Of a DNA stretch of 49,142 bases, positions 1 to 10,000 are shown in pieces. Origin of the DNA: Clostridia bacterium (GTDB lineage: Bacteria > Bacillota > Clostridia > RGIG6154); the NCBI GenBank assembly GCA_045535635.1, contig JAZSLZ010000040.1:1-49142 (forward strand). The letters are read 5' to 3'. Position 1 is the first letter of the stretch. Every line of letters starts with the position of its first letter. The notes under the pieces are model-generated. The model was not told where the DNA came from and did no database searches. It worked only from the letters and a program-made list of their open reading frames with translations. The translations under genes and the position numbers were made by a program.

Positions 1-551
1 TTTAAAGAATCTTCCTGAGTGGTTTCTTCAATTTTTCTTAAACATTCCTGCATAAGGCCATAGCTTTCTTTGTAATCTTCAAGCTCTTTTTCAACCTTTG
101 CAAAAGCGTCTAAAAATCTTAAGTGAGATTTTTCGTCTAGAATTTCCTGACTGTCATGCTGACCGTGAATATTTATAATTTTTGAGCAAATTTGCTTCAA
201 AAGACCTGTTGTTGCAACCCTATTGTTAATTCTGACCACACTTCTGCCGTCTTTTGAAATCTCTCTGCTTATAACAACAGGCTCTCCCTCTTCATATTCA
301 ATACCGCTTTCTTCAAGCATAAGGAAAACTCTGTTATCCGAAGTATAAAATACACCTTCAACAAGGGCTTTTTCTGCACCAGACCTTACAAGCTCTTTTG
401 AACTTCTTTCTCCTGTAAGCAGATTAACTGAGTCTATTATAATTGATTTTCCCGCACCCGTCTGTCCAGTAAGAACATTAAAGCCCTCCTGAAACTCAAG
501 GTTAACATTGTCCATTATGGCAATGTTTTCAATATGAATACTGTATAGCAC
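1..551 (-). CDS. recN: DNA repair protein RecN, N-terminal part (gene runs off the left edge)
   Basis: Not in the ORF track. My translation from GTG at 551 gives MLYSIHIENIAIMDNVNLEFQEGFNVLTGQTGAGKSIIIDSVNLL, the RecN/SMC-type Walker A. The start abuts the argR stop, matching Firmicutes argR-recN synteny. Confidence 0.85.
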   Translation of the reverse strand, partial: MLYSIHIENIAIMDNVNLEFQEGFNVLTGQTGAGKSIIIDSVNLLTGERSSKELVRSGAEKALVEGVFYTSDNRVFLMLEESGIEYEEGEPVVISREISKDGRSVVRINNRVATTGLLKQICSKIINIHGQHDSQEILDEKSHLRFLDAFAKVEKELEDYKESYGLMQECLRKIEETTQEDSL

Positions 552-1007
552 TTATTTTATAACCTCGTTTATTTTATCAATAAGACCATCTGCCGTATAG
601 TCTGAATATATGGCAACAAAAACTGTATCGTCCCCTGCAATTACTCCTGCAATTTCATCAAAGCCAAGTGTTTCGATTGCCATTGCACACACCTGTGCAG
701 AACCTGGGATTGTTTTCATAACCATTATATTTCCTGCACTCTGCATATTTATAAGAGAATGTTTTAGAACTGTAACATATCTTGCTCTTAAATCACTTGC
801 AGTTTCTTTGCTTGGTTCTGCATATCTGTAACGGTCGTCATAATCTGCAATTTTTATAAGTCTTAATTCCTTAATATCTCTTGAAACTGTAGCCTGTGTA
901 ACATCAAAGCCTTCTTTCAAAAGAAAATCTGTAAGTTGGCCCTGAGTTTCCACTACATTTTCTGTTATTATTTTTATAATCTCTCTGTGTCTTAATTTTT
1001 TAGACAT
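552..1007 (-). CDS. argR: Arginine repressor ArgR/AhrC
   Basis: 151 aa. N-terminal winged-helix segment (ATVSRDIKEL) and C-terminal oligomerisation/arginine-binding region (GVIAGDDTVFV). Sits between nadK and recN. Confidence 0.9.
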   Translation of the reverse strand: MSKKLRHREIIKIITENVVETQGQLTDFLLKEGFDVTQATVSRDIKELRLIKIADYDDRYRYAEPSKETASDLRARYVTVLKHSLINMQSAGNIMVMKTIPGSAQVCAMAIETLGFDEIAGVIAGDDTVFVAIYSDYTADGLIDKINEVIK

Positions 1008-1008
1008 T

Positions 1009-1824
1009 TCAGTTCCCTCTTTTTAACTTTTTATTGAGTATATCAAAAAAATTGCTTTCATTCAGCCTGATAAGTTTTGTTTTATATCTTGATTTTGTAA
1101 CATAAATTTCATCGCCGTGGCAAAGCTTTAATGGTTCTTTACCGTCACACATAAGTGCCACATCCTCGCCGTGATAAATATCAATAACAAGCTTAATAGT
1201 CTGCTCATCTGAAATAACCATTGGTCTTGCATTGGTGGAGTGTGCACAAATAGGTGTTATAACCATAATGTTAAGCTTTGGTTCAACAATCGGTCCTCCT
1301 GCTGAAAGAGAATATGCCGTTGAGCCTGTAGGGGTTGAAACTATTATTCCGTCTGAATAATAATCACCTGTATATTTACCGTCTATTTCAAGAAGAATAT
1401 GTACCATTTTAGAAAGAAGTCCTTTTGTTGCAACCACATCGTTTAATGCATGCGTATGACAAATCTGCTTACCGCTTCTTACCACTTTCACAGAGAGCAT
1501 AATTCTCTCTTCAATTTTATAGTCACCTTTTGCTATTTTGGAAAATTCTTCAATCTGATCTTTTTTAAGTTCTGCCAAATAACCAAGATGTCCGAAATTA
1601 AAACCAAGCAGAGGAACATTGTGTTTTGCACTATGCTCTGCCAAAGACAGAATTGTTCCGTCTCCTCCAAGAACAATTGCCATATCTATTTTAGAAAAAA
1701 GTTCTTCTGTGTTTTCATTCTCAATAATTTCAAAACCGTTTTTAACTAACTGGCTTTTAATTCTTTCAACTTCTTCAGGATACATTGATGCATACGCTGA
1801 AGTAACTATTCCTGCGGTTTTCAT
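1009..1824 (-). CDS. nadK: NAD kinase
   Basis: 271 aa with GGDGT motif (VLGGDGTILS) and STPTGSTAYSLSAGGP motif. Strong RBS AAGGAGG upstream. Confidence 0.92.
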   Translation of the reverse strand: MKTAGIVTSAYASMYPEEVERIKSQLVKNGFEIIENENTEELFSKIDMAIVLGGDGTILSLAEHSAKHNVPLLGFNFGHLGYLAELKKDQIEEFSKIAKGDYKIEERIMLSVKVVRSGKQICHTHALNDVVATKGLLSKMVHILLEIDGKYTGDYYSDGIIVSTPTGSTAYSLSAGGPIVEPKLNIMVITPICAHSTNARPMVISDEQTIKLVIDIYHGEDVALMCDGKEPLKLCHGDEIYVTKSRYKTKLIRLNESNFFDILNKKLKRGN

Positions 1825-1835
1825 AACAAACCTCC

Positions 1836-2633
1836 TTATTGGTCGGTTAACACCTGGTGGCTTTCATCAACCACTTTTTTTACATCTATATCACATTCAC
1901 AAGGTACCTTTGTTAAATACAAAAGATATTCTATATTGCCCTCAGGACCTCTTATTGGTGAAAAGTCAAGTGCCTTTGGATAAAATTCAATTTCTTTTGC
2001 AAAACTTACTATATTTTCTGCAACCTCGTAATGAACATTAATATCTCTTACTACGCCTTTTTTACCAACTTTTTCTCTTCCTGCTTCAAACTGCGGTTTT
2101 ATGAGACATAAAAGCTCTCCATTATCTTTCAAAAGCTCTTTCGCAACAGGAAGAACAAGTTTAAGTGAAATAAATGAAACATCAATTGATGCAAAATCAA
2201 TTTTTTCACCAATTTGCTCTGTTGTAACATTTCTTATGTTGGTTCTTTCCATATTTATAACTCGCTCATCCTGTCTTAGCTTCCAGGCAAGTTGACCGTA
2301 ACCAACATCCACTGCGAAAACCTTTACTGCACCGTTTTGAAGCATACAATCGGTAAATCCGCCTGTTGATGCTCCTATGTCCATAGCCACCTTATCTTTC
2401 AGTGTAACACCAAAAACCTTCATTGCTTTATCAAGCTTAAGACCGCCGCGGCTAACATAAGGATTTAATTTTCCTCTTACCTCAACCTGGTCTTTTTCGG
2501 TTACAAAAAAACCTGCTTTGTCCGCTTTCTGGTTGTTAACATAAACATTTCCGCTCATTATAATAGCTCTTGCTTTTTCTCTTGATTCTACAAGCTTATT
2601 TTCTGTTAGATAAACATCAAGCCTTTGTTTCAT
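1836..2633 (-). CDS. tlyA: TlyA-family 16S/23S rRNA (cytidine-2'-O)-methyltransferase
   Basis: 265 aa. N-terminal S4-like domain (RLDVYLTENKLVESREKA) followed by an FtsJ-type SAM fold (DIGASTGGFTD). Overlaps the dxs 3' end by 17 nt. Confidence 0.9.
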   Translation of the reverse strand: MKQRLDVYLTENKLVESREKARAIIMSGNVYVNNQKADKAGFFVTEKDQVEVRGKLNPYVSRGGLKLDKAMKVFGVTLKDKVAMDIGASTGGFTDCMLQNGAVKVFAVDVGYGQLAWKLRQDERVINMERTNIRNVTTEQIGEKIDFASIDVSFISLKLVLPVAKELLKDNGELLCLIKPQFEAGREKVGKKGVVRDINVHYEVAENIVSFAKEIEFYPKALDFSPIRGPEGNIEYLLYLTKVPCECDIDVKKVVDESHQVLTDQ

Positions 2634-4443
2634 TAATATACCTTTCTATTGTTTCGCCGTCAAGAGAAAAATCTTTTAGTAATTCTTCCACCTTTCCGTG
2701 CGGAACAAATTTGTTTTCTATTGCAAATACTTTACATTCTGCCAAGATACCTTTTTGTGCAAAATAAGCACATATTCTTTCTCCCACACCGCCATTTTTA
2801 ATACTGTCCTCTGCAACTATAAGTCTTTTAGTTTTTTGTACGGATTTTATAATGGCATCGTAGTCTATATGAGAGATGCAATTTAAATGAATATGGTCTG
2901 CATCAATATCCAATTTTTTTATTACCTCTGTCATTTTTGAATAGGTTACAACTGTTGCCTTACTTCCCTGTTTCATCATTTTAGCTTTATAAGGATTTTC
3001 AAATCCTTCACCATCTTCAAAATTACTTTTTGAATATCTTACCGCAACAATTCCTTTTGTTTTATAAATTGCAGTTTCTATTGCATCTTCAAGCTCTTTT
3101 TTGTTTGATGGTGTAAATATTGTTACATTTGGAATTGTGCTTAAAAAATTAACATCAAAAATTCCCTGATGAGTTTCTCCGTCTTCTCCTGAAATTCCTG
3201 CTCTGTCAAGCAGAAGCACACAATGAAGATTTGATATTGCCATATCGTGAATTATATTGTCATAAGCTCGTTGCATAAAAGTTGAATATATGGCAACAAC
3301 AGGAATTTTCCCCTTTGTAGCAAGACCTCCTGCAAAGGTTATTGCATGTCCTTCGCTTATGCCAACATCATAAAACTGCCCGTCAAGCTCCTTATGAAAA
3401 TCCGCAAGACCGCAGCCATCCTCCATTGCTGCACATACTGCTATGATATTACTGTCTTTTTTAGCCATATCTAGAAGCTTTTGTCCTGCAATATAAGAGG
3501 GAGACTTTTCGTTAACCTTTACTGATACAGGCTCTTCTTTGTTAAAAGCACCAAGACCGTGATAAAGGTCAGGCGTTTTTTCTGCAAATTCATATCCCTT
3601 GCCTTTTTTTGTTACTATATGCAGCAAAACAGGCGACTCCATAGTTTTGATTCGTGAAAGTGTTTTGATAAGCAAATCTGTATCGTGTCCGTCAATAGGA
3701 CCGATATATTTAAAGCCAAAGCTTTCAAACATACTTCCTGATGTAATCAACAGTTTTTTAATTCCATATTTCAACGCACTTGCAAATTTTGAAATCGGCT
3801 TTCCCAAAATCGGAATTCTTGTTGTGTAATGCTTAACATTTTCTTTAAGTCTTGTGTACGCAGGATTAATTCTTATGTTATTTAAATAGTTGCTTACGCT
3901 TCCCACATTTTCTTTTATTGACATTTCATTATCATTTAAAATAACCAAAAGTCTGTTTTTGTTCTGTCCTGCATTGTTAAGTCCCTCAAAGGAAAGTCCG
4001 TTGCAAAGAGAAGCATCTCCAACAAAAGCAATAGAGAAATTTTCATTATTTTCTTTTCTGTTAACCTCTGCCATAGCATAAGCTGCAGAGATTGAACAAC
4101 CTGCATGTCCTGCATTAAACCAATCATATTCACTTTCATCAACTCTCGGAAAGCCTGAAATGCCTCCATGCTTTCTTAAGGTTTTAAAAGCATCTTTTCT
4201 GTCTGTAAGAACCTTATACACATAGCTTTGATGTCCAACATCAAAAACAATACTGTCTTTTTTAAAATCAAACACTTTAAGAAGTGCAAGAGTTATTTCC
4301 ACTGCACCTAAATTAGAAGCAAGATGACCGCCGTTTTGGGAAACAACATCGGTGATATATTCCCTTACTTCTTTTGCAAGAATATTAAGTTGTTTAATGT
4401 TTGCTCCTTTTAAATCTTCAGGGCCTTTATATTCCTTAAACAA
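2617..4443 (-). CDS. dxs: 1-deoxy-D-xylulose-5-phosphate synthase
   Basis: 608 aa. GGHLASNLG, thiamine-diphosphate motif GDASLCNGLSFEGLNNAG and a transketolase-like C-terminus. TTG start preceded by AGAGG. Confidence 0.93.
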   Translation of the reverse strand: MFKEYKGPEDLKGANIKQLNILAKEVREYITDVVSQNGGHLASNLGAVEITLALLKVFDFKKDSIVFDVGHQSYVYKVLTDRKDAFKTLRKHGGISGFPRVDESEYDWFNAGHAGCSISAAYAMAEVNRKENNENFSIAFVGDASLCNGLSFEGLNNAGQNKNRLLVILNDNEMSIKENVGSVSNYLNNIRINPAYTRLKENVKHYTTRIPILGKPISKFASALKYGIKKLLITSGSMFESFGFKYIGPIDGHDTDLLIKTLSRIKTMESPVLLHIVTKKGKGYEFAEKTPDLYHGLGAFNKEEPVSVKVNEKSPSYIAGQKLLDMAKKDSNIIAVCAAMEDGCGLADFHKELDGQFYDVGISEGHAITFAGGLATKGKIPVVAIYSTFMQRAYDNIIHDMAISNLHCVLLLDRAGISGEDGETHQGIFDVNFLSTIPNVTIFTPSNKKELEDAIETAIYKTKGIVAVRYSKSNFEDGEGFENPYKAKMMKQGSKATVVTYSKMTEVIKKLDIDADHIHLNCISHIDYDAIIKSVQKTKRLIVAEDSIKNGGVGERICAYFAQKGILAECKVFAIENKFVPHGKVEELLKDFSLDGETIERYINETKA

Positions 4444-4486
4444 GCTTACGCCTCTTTTCTTTATGTGTCTAATTTTCTACAAATAC

Positions 4487-4514
4487 ATTATAGCATATCT
4501 TTATAATTCTGTAA
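4487..4514 (-). promoter_or_regulatory. Putative sigma-A promoter of dxs operon
   Basis: On the minus strand: TTACAG, 16-nt spacer, TGcTATAAT (extended -10), about 45 nt upstream of the dxs start. Confidence 0.4.
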
Positions 4515-4596
4515 ATACTTTTTATAGAAAGAACTATGGTCAAAAAGAAGAATTCAACCAACGATTGAACAGGTAAAAATTATTTTCAACAAATGG

Positions 4597-4625
4597 TTGA
4601 CTTTTTCGTTTTACTGTAGTATAAT
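4597..4625 (+). promoter_or_regulatory. Putative sigma-A promoter of serC-serA
   Basis: TTGACT (4597-4602), 17-nt spacer, TATAAT (4620-4625), 40 nt upstream of the serC ATG. Confidence 0.55.
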
Positions 4626-4665
4626 ACATTCCATATTATAAATTATCATCACAGGAGGCTTTATT

Positions 4666-5745
4666 ATGAATAGAGTATTTAATTTTTCAGCAGGACCATC
4701 AATGTTACCACTTCCGGTGCTTGAACAGTGTGCACAGGAAATGACAAATTACAATGGTAGCGGAATGTCTGTTATGGAAATGAGCCACCGCAGTGCAGTT
4801 TACGATGAGATTATAAAAGAAGCAGAGAAAAATCTCCGCCTCCTTATGAATATCCCTGATAACTACAAGGTGCTCTTCCTTCAGGGTGGCGCTTCCACAC
4901 AGTTTGCAGCAGTTCCGTTAAACCTTATGAAAAACGGCAAAGCAGACTATGTTGTTTCAGGACAGTTTTCCAAAAAAGCTTATGAAGAAGCACAAAAATA
5001 CGGTGATGCTAAATGCATTGCATCATCAAAGGACAGAACCTTTGCGTACATACCAAAAATTACACCTGATATGGTTCGTGAAGACGCAGACTATGTTCAT
5101 GTGTGCTACAACAACACAATTTTCGGCACAAAATATCCTGAAATTCCAAATGTAGGTGACAAAATTTTAGTTGCTGATATGTCATCTTGCATCATATCTG
5201 AACCAATTGATGTTACAAAATTTGGCGTAATCTATGCAGGTGCACAGAAAAATATGGCTCCTGCAGGTCTTACAGTTGTAATTGTTCGAGAAGACCTTTT
5301 AGGCAATGCAAGAGACTATACACCTACAATGCTCAACTGGCAGACAATGGCGGACAACGGTTCTATGTATAACACACCGCCTTGCTACGCAATTTATGTT
5401 GCAGGTCTTGTTTATAAATGGATTTTAGGTCTCGGCGGTCTTGAAGCAATGAAGAAAATCAATGAAGAAAAAGCAGCTCTTCTTTATGATTTTCTTGATA
5501 ATTCAGAGCTTTTCAAACCTGGTGCAGACAAAGAATACCGTTCAATGATGAATGTAACCTTTGTTACAGGTGATGAGGAGCTTGACAAAAAATTCTGTAA
5601 AGAAGCAGATGCCGCAGGTTTTAAAAATCTTAAAGGCCACAGAAGTGTTGGCGGTATGAGAGCTAGTATTTATAATGCGATGCCAACAGAAGGCGTTAAA
5701 GCTTTAGTAGAATTTATGGAAAAATTTGAAGCAGAAAATAAATAA
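4666..5745 (+). CDS. serC: Phosphoserine aminotransferase
   Basis: 359 aa, N-terminal FNFSAGPSMLP signature, PLP fold-type I. RBS AGGAGG. Confidence 0.93.
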   Translation: MNRVFNFSAGPSMLPLPVLEQCAQEMTNYNGSGMSVMEMSHRSAVYDEIIKEAEKNLRLLMNIPDNYKVLFLQGGASTQFAAVPLNLMKNGKADYVVSGQFSKKAYEEAQKYGDAKCIASSKDRTFAYIPKITPDMVREDADYVHVCYNNTIFGTKYPEIPNVGDKILVADMSSCIISEPIDVTKFGVIYAGAQKNMAPAGLTVVIVREDLLGNARDYTPTMLNWQTMADNGSMYNTPPCYAIYVAGLVYKWILGLGGLEAMKKINEEKAALLYDFLDNSELFKPGADKEYRSMMNVTFVTGDEELDKKFCKEADAAGFKNLKGHRSVGGMRASIYNAMPTEGVKALVEFMEKFEAENK

Positions 5746-5763
5746 CAGACAGGAGTTATTACA

Positions 5764-6924
5764 ATGTATGAAATTTTAACTTTAAATAAAATCGCCAAAG
5801 TCGGTCTTGACAAACTTGGCGACAATTTCACAGTTACCGATGAGATTAAAAATCCTGACGGTATCCTTTTAAGGAGCTTCGCAATGCACGATATGGAGCT
5901 TCCTGAAAGCTTAAAAGCAGTAGGCAGAGCAGGTGCAGGAACAAACAATATCCCAATCGACAAATGCTCAGAAAAAGGCATTGTTGTTTTCAACACACCT
6001 GGAGCTAATGCAAACGCAGTTAAAGAACTGGCAATCGGTGCACTTTTCCTTGCATCAAGAGATGTTGTGGGCGGTATCAAATGGGTTGAAACCATAAAAG
6101 ATGAAGGCGATGCAGTTCCAAAGCTTGTGGAAAAAGGCAAAGGCGCTTTCGTTGGTCCTGAGATTACAGGTAAAACCCTTGGTGTTATTGGTCTTGGTGC
6201 TATTGGCGTTATGGTTGCAAATGCAGCAAATACACTTGGTATGGATGTTATTGGTTTTGATCCGTTCATTTCAGTAAATGCTGCATGGCATCTTTCAGCA
6301 AATGTTGGTATGGCAGCAAACATAAACGAAATTTTTGCCAAAGCTGATTACATCACACTTCACCTGCCACTTAATGACAAAACAAAATATACTATAAATG
6401 CAGATACAATTGCACTTATGAAAGACGGCGCAAGAATCATCAATTTCTCAAGAAATGAGCTTGTTAATAACGAAGCACTTTTAAAAGCAATTGCAGACGG
6501 CAAAATTGCAAAATATATTACCGACTTCCCAAGTGCTGATTTAATCGGCGTAGATAACATTGTTTGTATTCCTCACCTTGGTGCTTCAACACCTGAATCA
6601 GAGGACAATTGTGCAGTTATGGCGGCGCAGGAAATTAAAGACTATCTTGAAAACGGTAATATTACAAACTCTGTCAACTTCCCTTCATGCAGTGCACCAA
6701 GAGAAACAGATGTAAGAATTTGCATAATTCACAAAAATATTCCTGCAATGATTAACGCTTTCACAGCTCTTTTTGCAGAGGCAAACATAAACATTGAAAA
6801 TCTGATTAACAAATCAAAGGGTGACTATGCTTACACCCTTATTGACACTCCTTCTGACATTCCCGAGATTGCAGATAAGCTTCTTTCAATTGATGGTGTT
6901 ATCAAAGTGAGAATCATAAAATAA
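5764..6924 (+). CDS. serA: D-3-phosphoglycerate dehydrogenase (with C-terminal ACT-like domain)
   Basis: 386 aa. 2-hydroxyacid dehydrogenase NAD motif GVIGLGAIG. Immediately downstream of serC. Confidence 0.88.
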   Translation: MYEILTLNKIAKVGLDKLGDNFTVTDEIKNPDGILLRSFAMHDMELPESLKAVGRAGAGTNNIPIDKCSEKGIVVFNTPGANANAVKELAIGALFLASRDVVGGIKWVETIKDEGDAVPKLVEKGKGAFVGPEITGKTLGVIGLGAIGVMVANAANTLGMDVIGFDPFISVNAAWHLSANVGMAANINEIFAKADYITLHLPLNDKTKYTINADTIALMKDGARIINFSRNELVNNEALLKAIADGKIAKYITDFPSADLIGVDNIVCIPHLGASTPESEDNCAVMAAQEIKDYLENGNITNSVNFPSCSAPRETDVRICIIHKNIPAMINAFTALFAEANINIENLINKSKGDYAYTLIDTPSDIPEIADKLLSIDGVIKVRIIK

Positions 6925-6932
6925 TCCCCTTT

Positions 6933-6964
6933 AAAGGTCCGCACCTTTGGCGGACCTTTTCCCC
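6933..6964 (+). terminator. Hairpin terminator 1 after serA
   Basis: AAAGGTCCGC / GCGGACCTTT, 10-bp stem, 7-nt loop. Confidence 0.55.
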
Positions 6965-6969
6965 TTTTA

Positions 6970-7006
6970 AGCTTTCGTGAAAATTTTGCGAAAGCTCTTT
7001 TTTTTT
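6970..7006 (+). terminator. Rho-independent terminator 2 after serA
   Basis: AGCTTTCG / CGAAAGCT stem followed by a run of 9 T. Confidence 0.7.
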
Positions 7007-7058
7007 AAAGCATTTTCTGTTATAATTAAAATACAAATAATATTTAATGGAGAATTCT

Positions 7059-10000
7059 ATGAAAAAATATTTATTATCACTTGTTTTCATATTTTTTATA
7101 TTGTGTACATTTAATGTTTCAGCGTACAATCTTGATGTTTTAAAAACCGAAGGAATTGTTGTAGGAGACGAAGGCGGTTTCAGAGAAAGTGACACAGTAA
7201 CACGCGGTGAGTTTATCAAAATGATAAACCGTACCTTTGCCATTCCTAAGGACCATACATCTGTACATTTACCTGATGTTTCTCCTAGCAAATGGTACTA
7301 CGGTGACATTCTTACCGCAGTTAATTACGGTTATGTCAAAGGTGATGAACAGGGAAATATGAACCCTGAAAGCAACATCACAAGACAGGAGGCTTTAACA
7401 ATTGCTGCAAGGCTCACAGGCTACAGGGATACATTTGTCACTTCTTTTGCAGATGACGGATATATTGCTTTATGGGCAAAAGGACCTGCCGTTTCACTTG
7501 CAGAAATGGGATTGCTTCAGCATGATGATTTCTTGCGTCCAGAGGAGCTTATGACCAGAAAGGAATGTTTCGACCTTTTTTACAATGTTTTAAACCAAAG
7601 ATTCTCATCAGGTGACGGAAGCACCCTTTCTCCATTTGTTATAAAATACCCTTATCAGCTTTCAAACATAAGATTGTACCCTGACAAAAACTACACTCTT
7701 GCAGGAGATATAGATTTTGGTCTTTACAATTTATCTTATATACCAGCAGACTACTTCAATGGCAAACTGGCAGGTCACGGACACAAAATCATCAGACTTT
7801 ATTCAACTCAGACATCAACAAACGCATTATTTAAAGCTACAGGTAAAAATGCAGTAATATCAGGTATAACCCTTGTTTGTCCTGAGCATATTTTTGCTTT
7901 TGCAAATGAAAACAACGGCACTATTTCCGACTGTCTTAACACAAGCTTTTTTAAAAATAAAGAGCTTCATAAATTCTCAAGCTACAAAGGTGCAATTGCA
8001 GATATAAACAATGGTGTTATCAAAAACTGTGGAAATTCGTCTTTCATTTCCATAAGAGATGGTGATAAGGCTTCAGGTGGAATATGCGGACTTAATAACG
8101 GAACTGTAGAAAGCTGTTTCAATCTTGCTAACGGACTTAATTCAAAATGCTTTGCAATTGCAGGAGAAAACAAAGGCACATTGAAAAATTGCTACAGCAC
8201 CTCTTCTGCAGAAATCACAGATAAATCTGCCGAGAATTGCTACTATACAGGAAGCAAAGTTTTAAAGCAGGGGAAATTCACTTCAAAGGAAAACCTCTCT
8301 TCGCTTCTTCCTGATTTTATAAATTCTGAAGGAACCTTTATTCCAAAAACTCTTTGCTTTACAGGAAACGAAAACTTTACTGATTTTTCAGGCGGAGAAG
8401 GAAGCGCTTCAAATCCGTACATTATTTCAAATCAGGAAGATTTCAACAACATAAATAACTATCCTGAAAGCTATTTCAGACAAGAGGGAGATCTTGTTTT
8501 TACCAAGCCTGTTAAAATAGAAGAATTCAATGGTTATTACTATGGTAACGGATACACACTTTCCCACCTTTCTTTAACAGAAACCGAGGGAAACTGTTCT
8601 ATTTTTGAAACAAACAGCGGTACGCTTGAAAACATAAGAATTTATGATGGATTTTTCTTTTCTTATGATAATTCTGCTTCCCTTTGTCACACAAACAAAG
8701 GTAATATTGTTAACTGTTCTTCATACTCTTCCGTTACAGGTAAAAACTGCGGTGGCCTTGTTTATCTTAACGAAGGAAATATCACAAACAGTTTCTTCGA
8801 GGGTAAAATAAGTGCTTCCTCAGGAAGTGGTCTGGTTTATACAAATACAGGAAGCATTTCAAATTCCTACGCAAATGCTCATATTTTTGGCAAACAAAGT
8901 TCTTCTTTGGTGTATAACAACAACGGAGAAATAGCAATGTGTCTGGCGACAGGAACATTAAATACTTCCGAAACTGCAGGTGTTGTTTTTAACAACACAG
9001 GGGAAATAAACAGATGTGTTTACAACTCTGCCAAAAACAGTACACTTATAAACACAGGTACTGCAGATGCTTTGTATAAAGACAATATTAATATAATTCC
9101 TTTTTTCAATAATGACATTTGGACTTCAGGAAAAACATCTTTAACATTAAAAAGAAACCCATCGTTTATACAGAACACAAAAGAAAACACATATTCATTT
9201 GCAGGTGGAGACGGTACTGCTTCAAATCCGTACATCATCATTACTCCTATGCATTTAAACAACATAAGATATTTCCCTTACGCAAGTTTTATTCTGAGCA
9301 ACGACCTTGATATGTCTATTACAGATTTTAAAGCAATCAAGGAGTTTAATGGTAATTTCAACGGAAATTCAAAAAAGATTTCAGGTCTTAAAAACACCCT
9401 GTTTATTATAAATAACGGAACTGTTCAGAATCTTGAACTGAAGAAATCCCATTCTTTAACAAATACAAATAACGGAACTTTAATTTCATGCAAAAACAGT
9501 TCAGATATTAAAGGTGAAACAGCTTATGCCTTTGCAAATGAAAATAACGGCAACATTATTCAGTGTCTTAACAACGGTAAAATGAGTGGCAACAAGGTTG
9601 CCTCTATAGCCCTTTTAAACAACGGCAGGATAATCGACTGTATAAATACTGCTCCTTTAATGGGAACAGGTGAAAACAGCACAATTTTCGGTATAGCATC
9701 AGGCGGCAGTATTTTAAGAGGTTACAACACAGGAGATATGTATTTTGAAAGCTCCTTTGGTTCAATCTATCCGATTTCTGATGCATCTTATATCGACGCT
9801 TATTATCTTAACAAATATCAAAGCCATCAACAGGGCGGTCTTAACTACGATGCCTTCAACAAAAAGCTTTTCAAAGATGATATATACACTTCAACAAGAA
9901 TGGGATACCCTGTTTTTGAAAGTGTTGATTTTAGCGACGTTGTATTTCCGTCAGGTTATGCTTCAGGTAACGGAACTGAGGAATCTCCATATATTATAAG

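Noticed and set aside
5670-6341. 223-aa ORF antisense to serC/serA. Similar long antisense ORFs occur at 12484-12801, 28003-28401, 30184-30675, 35012-35395 and 42816-43148.
   Set aside because: Each lies entirely inside a well-supported gene on the opposite strand. They have Ala/Ser/Pro/Ile-rich low-complexity translations typical of antisense frames, no RBS and no recognisable motifs.
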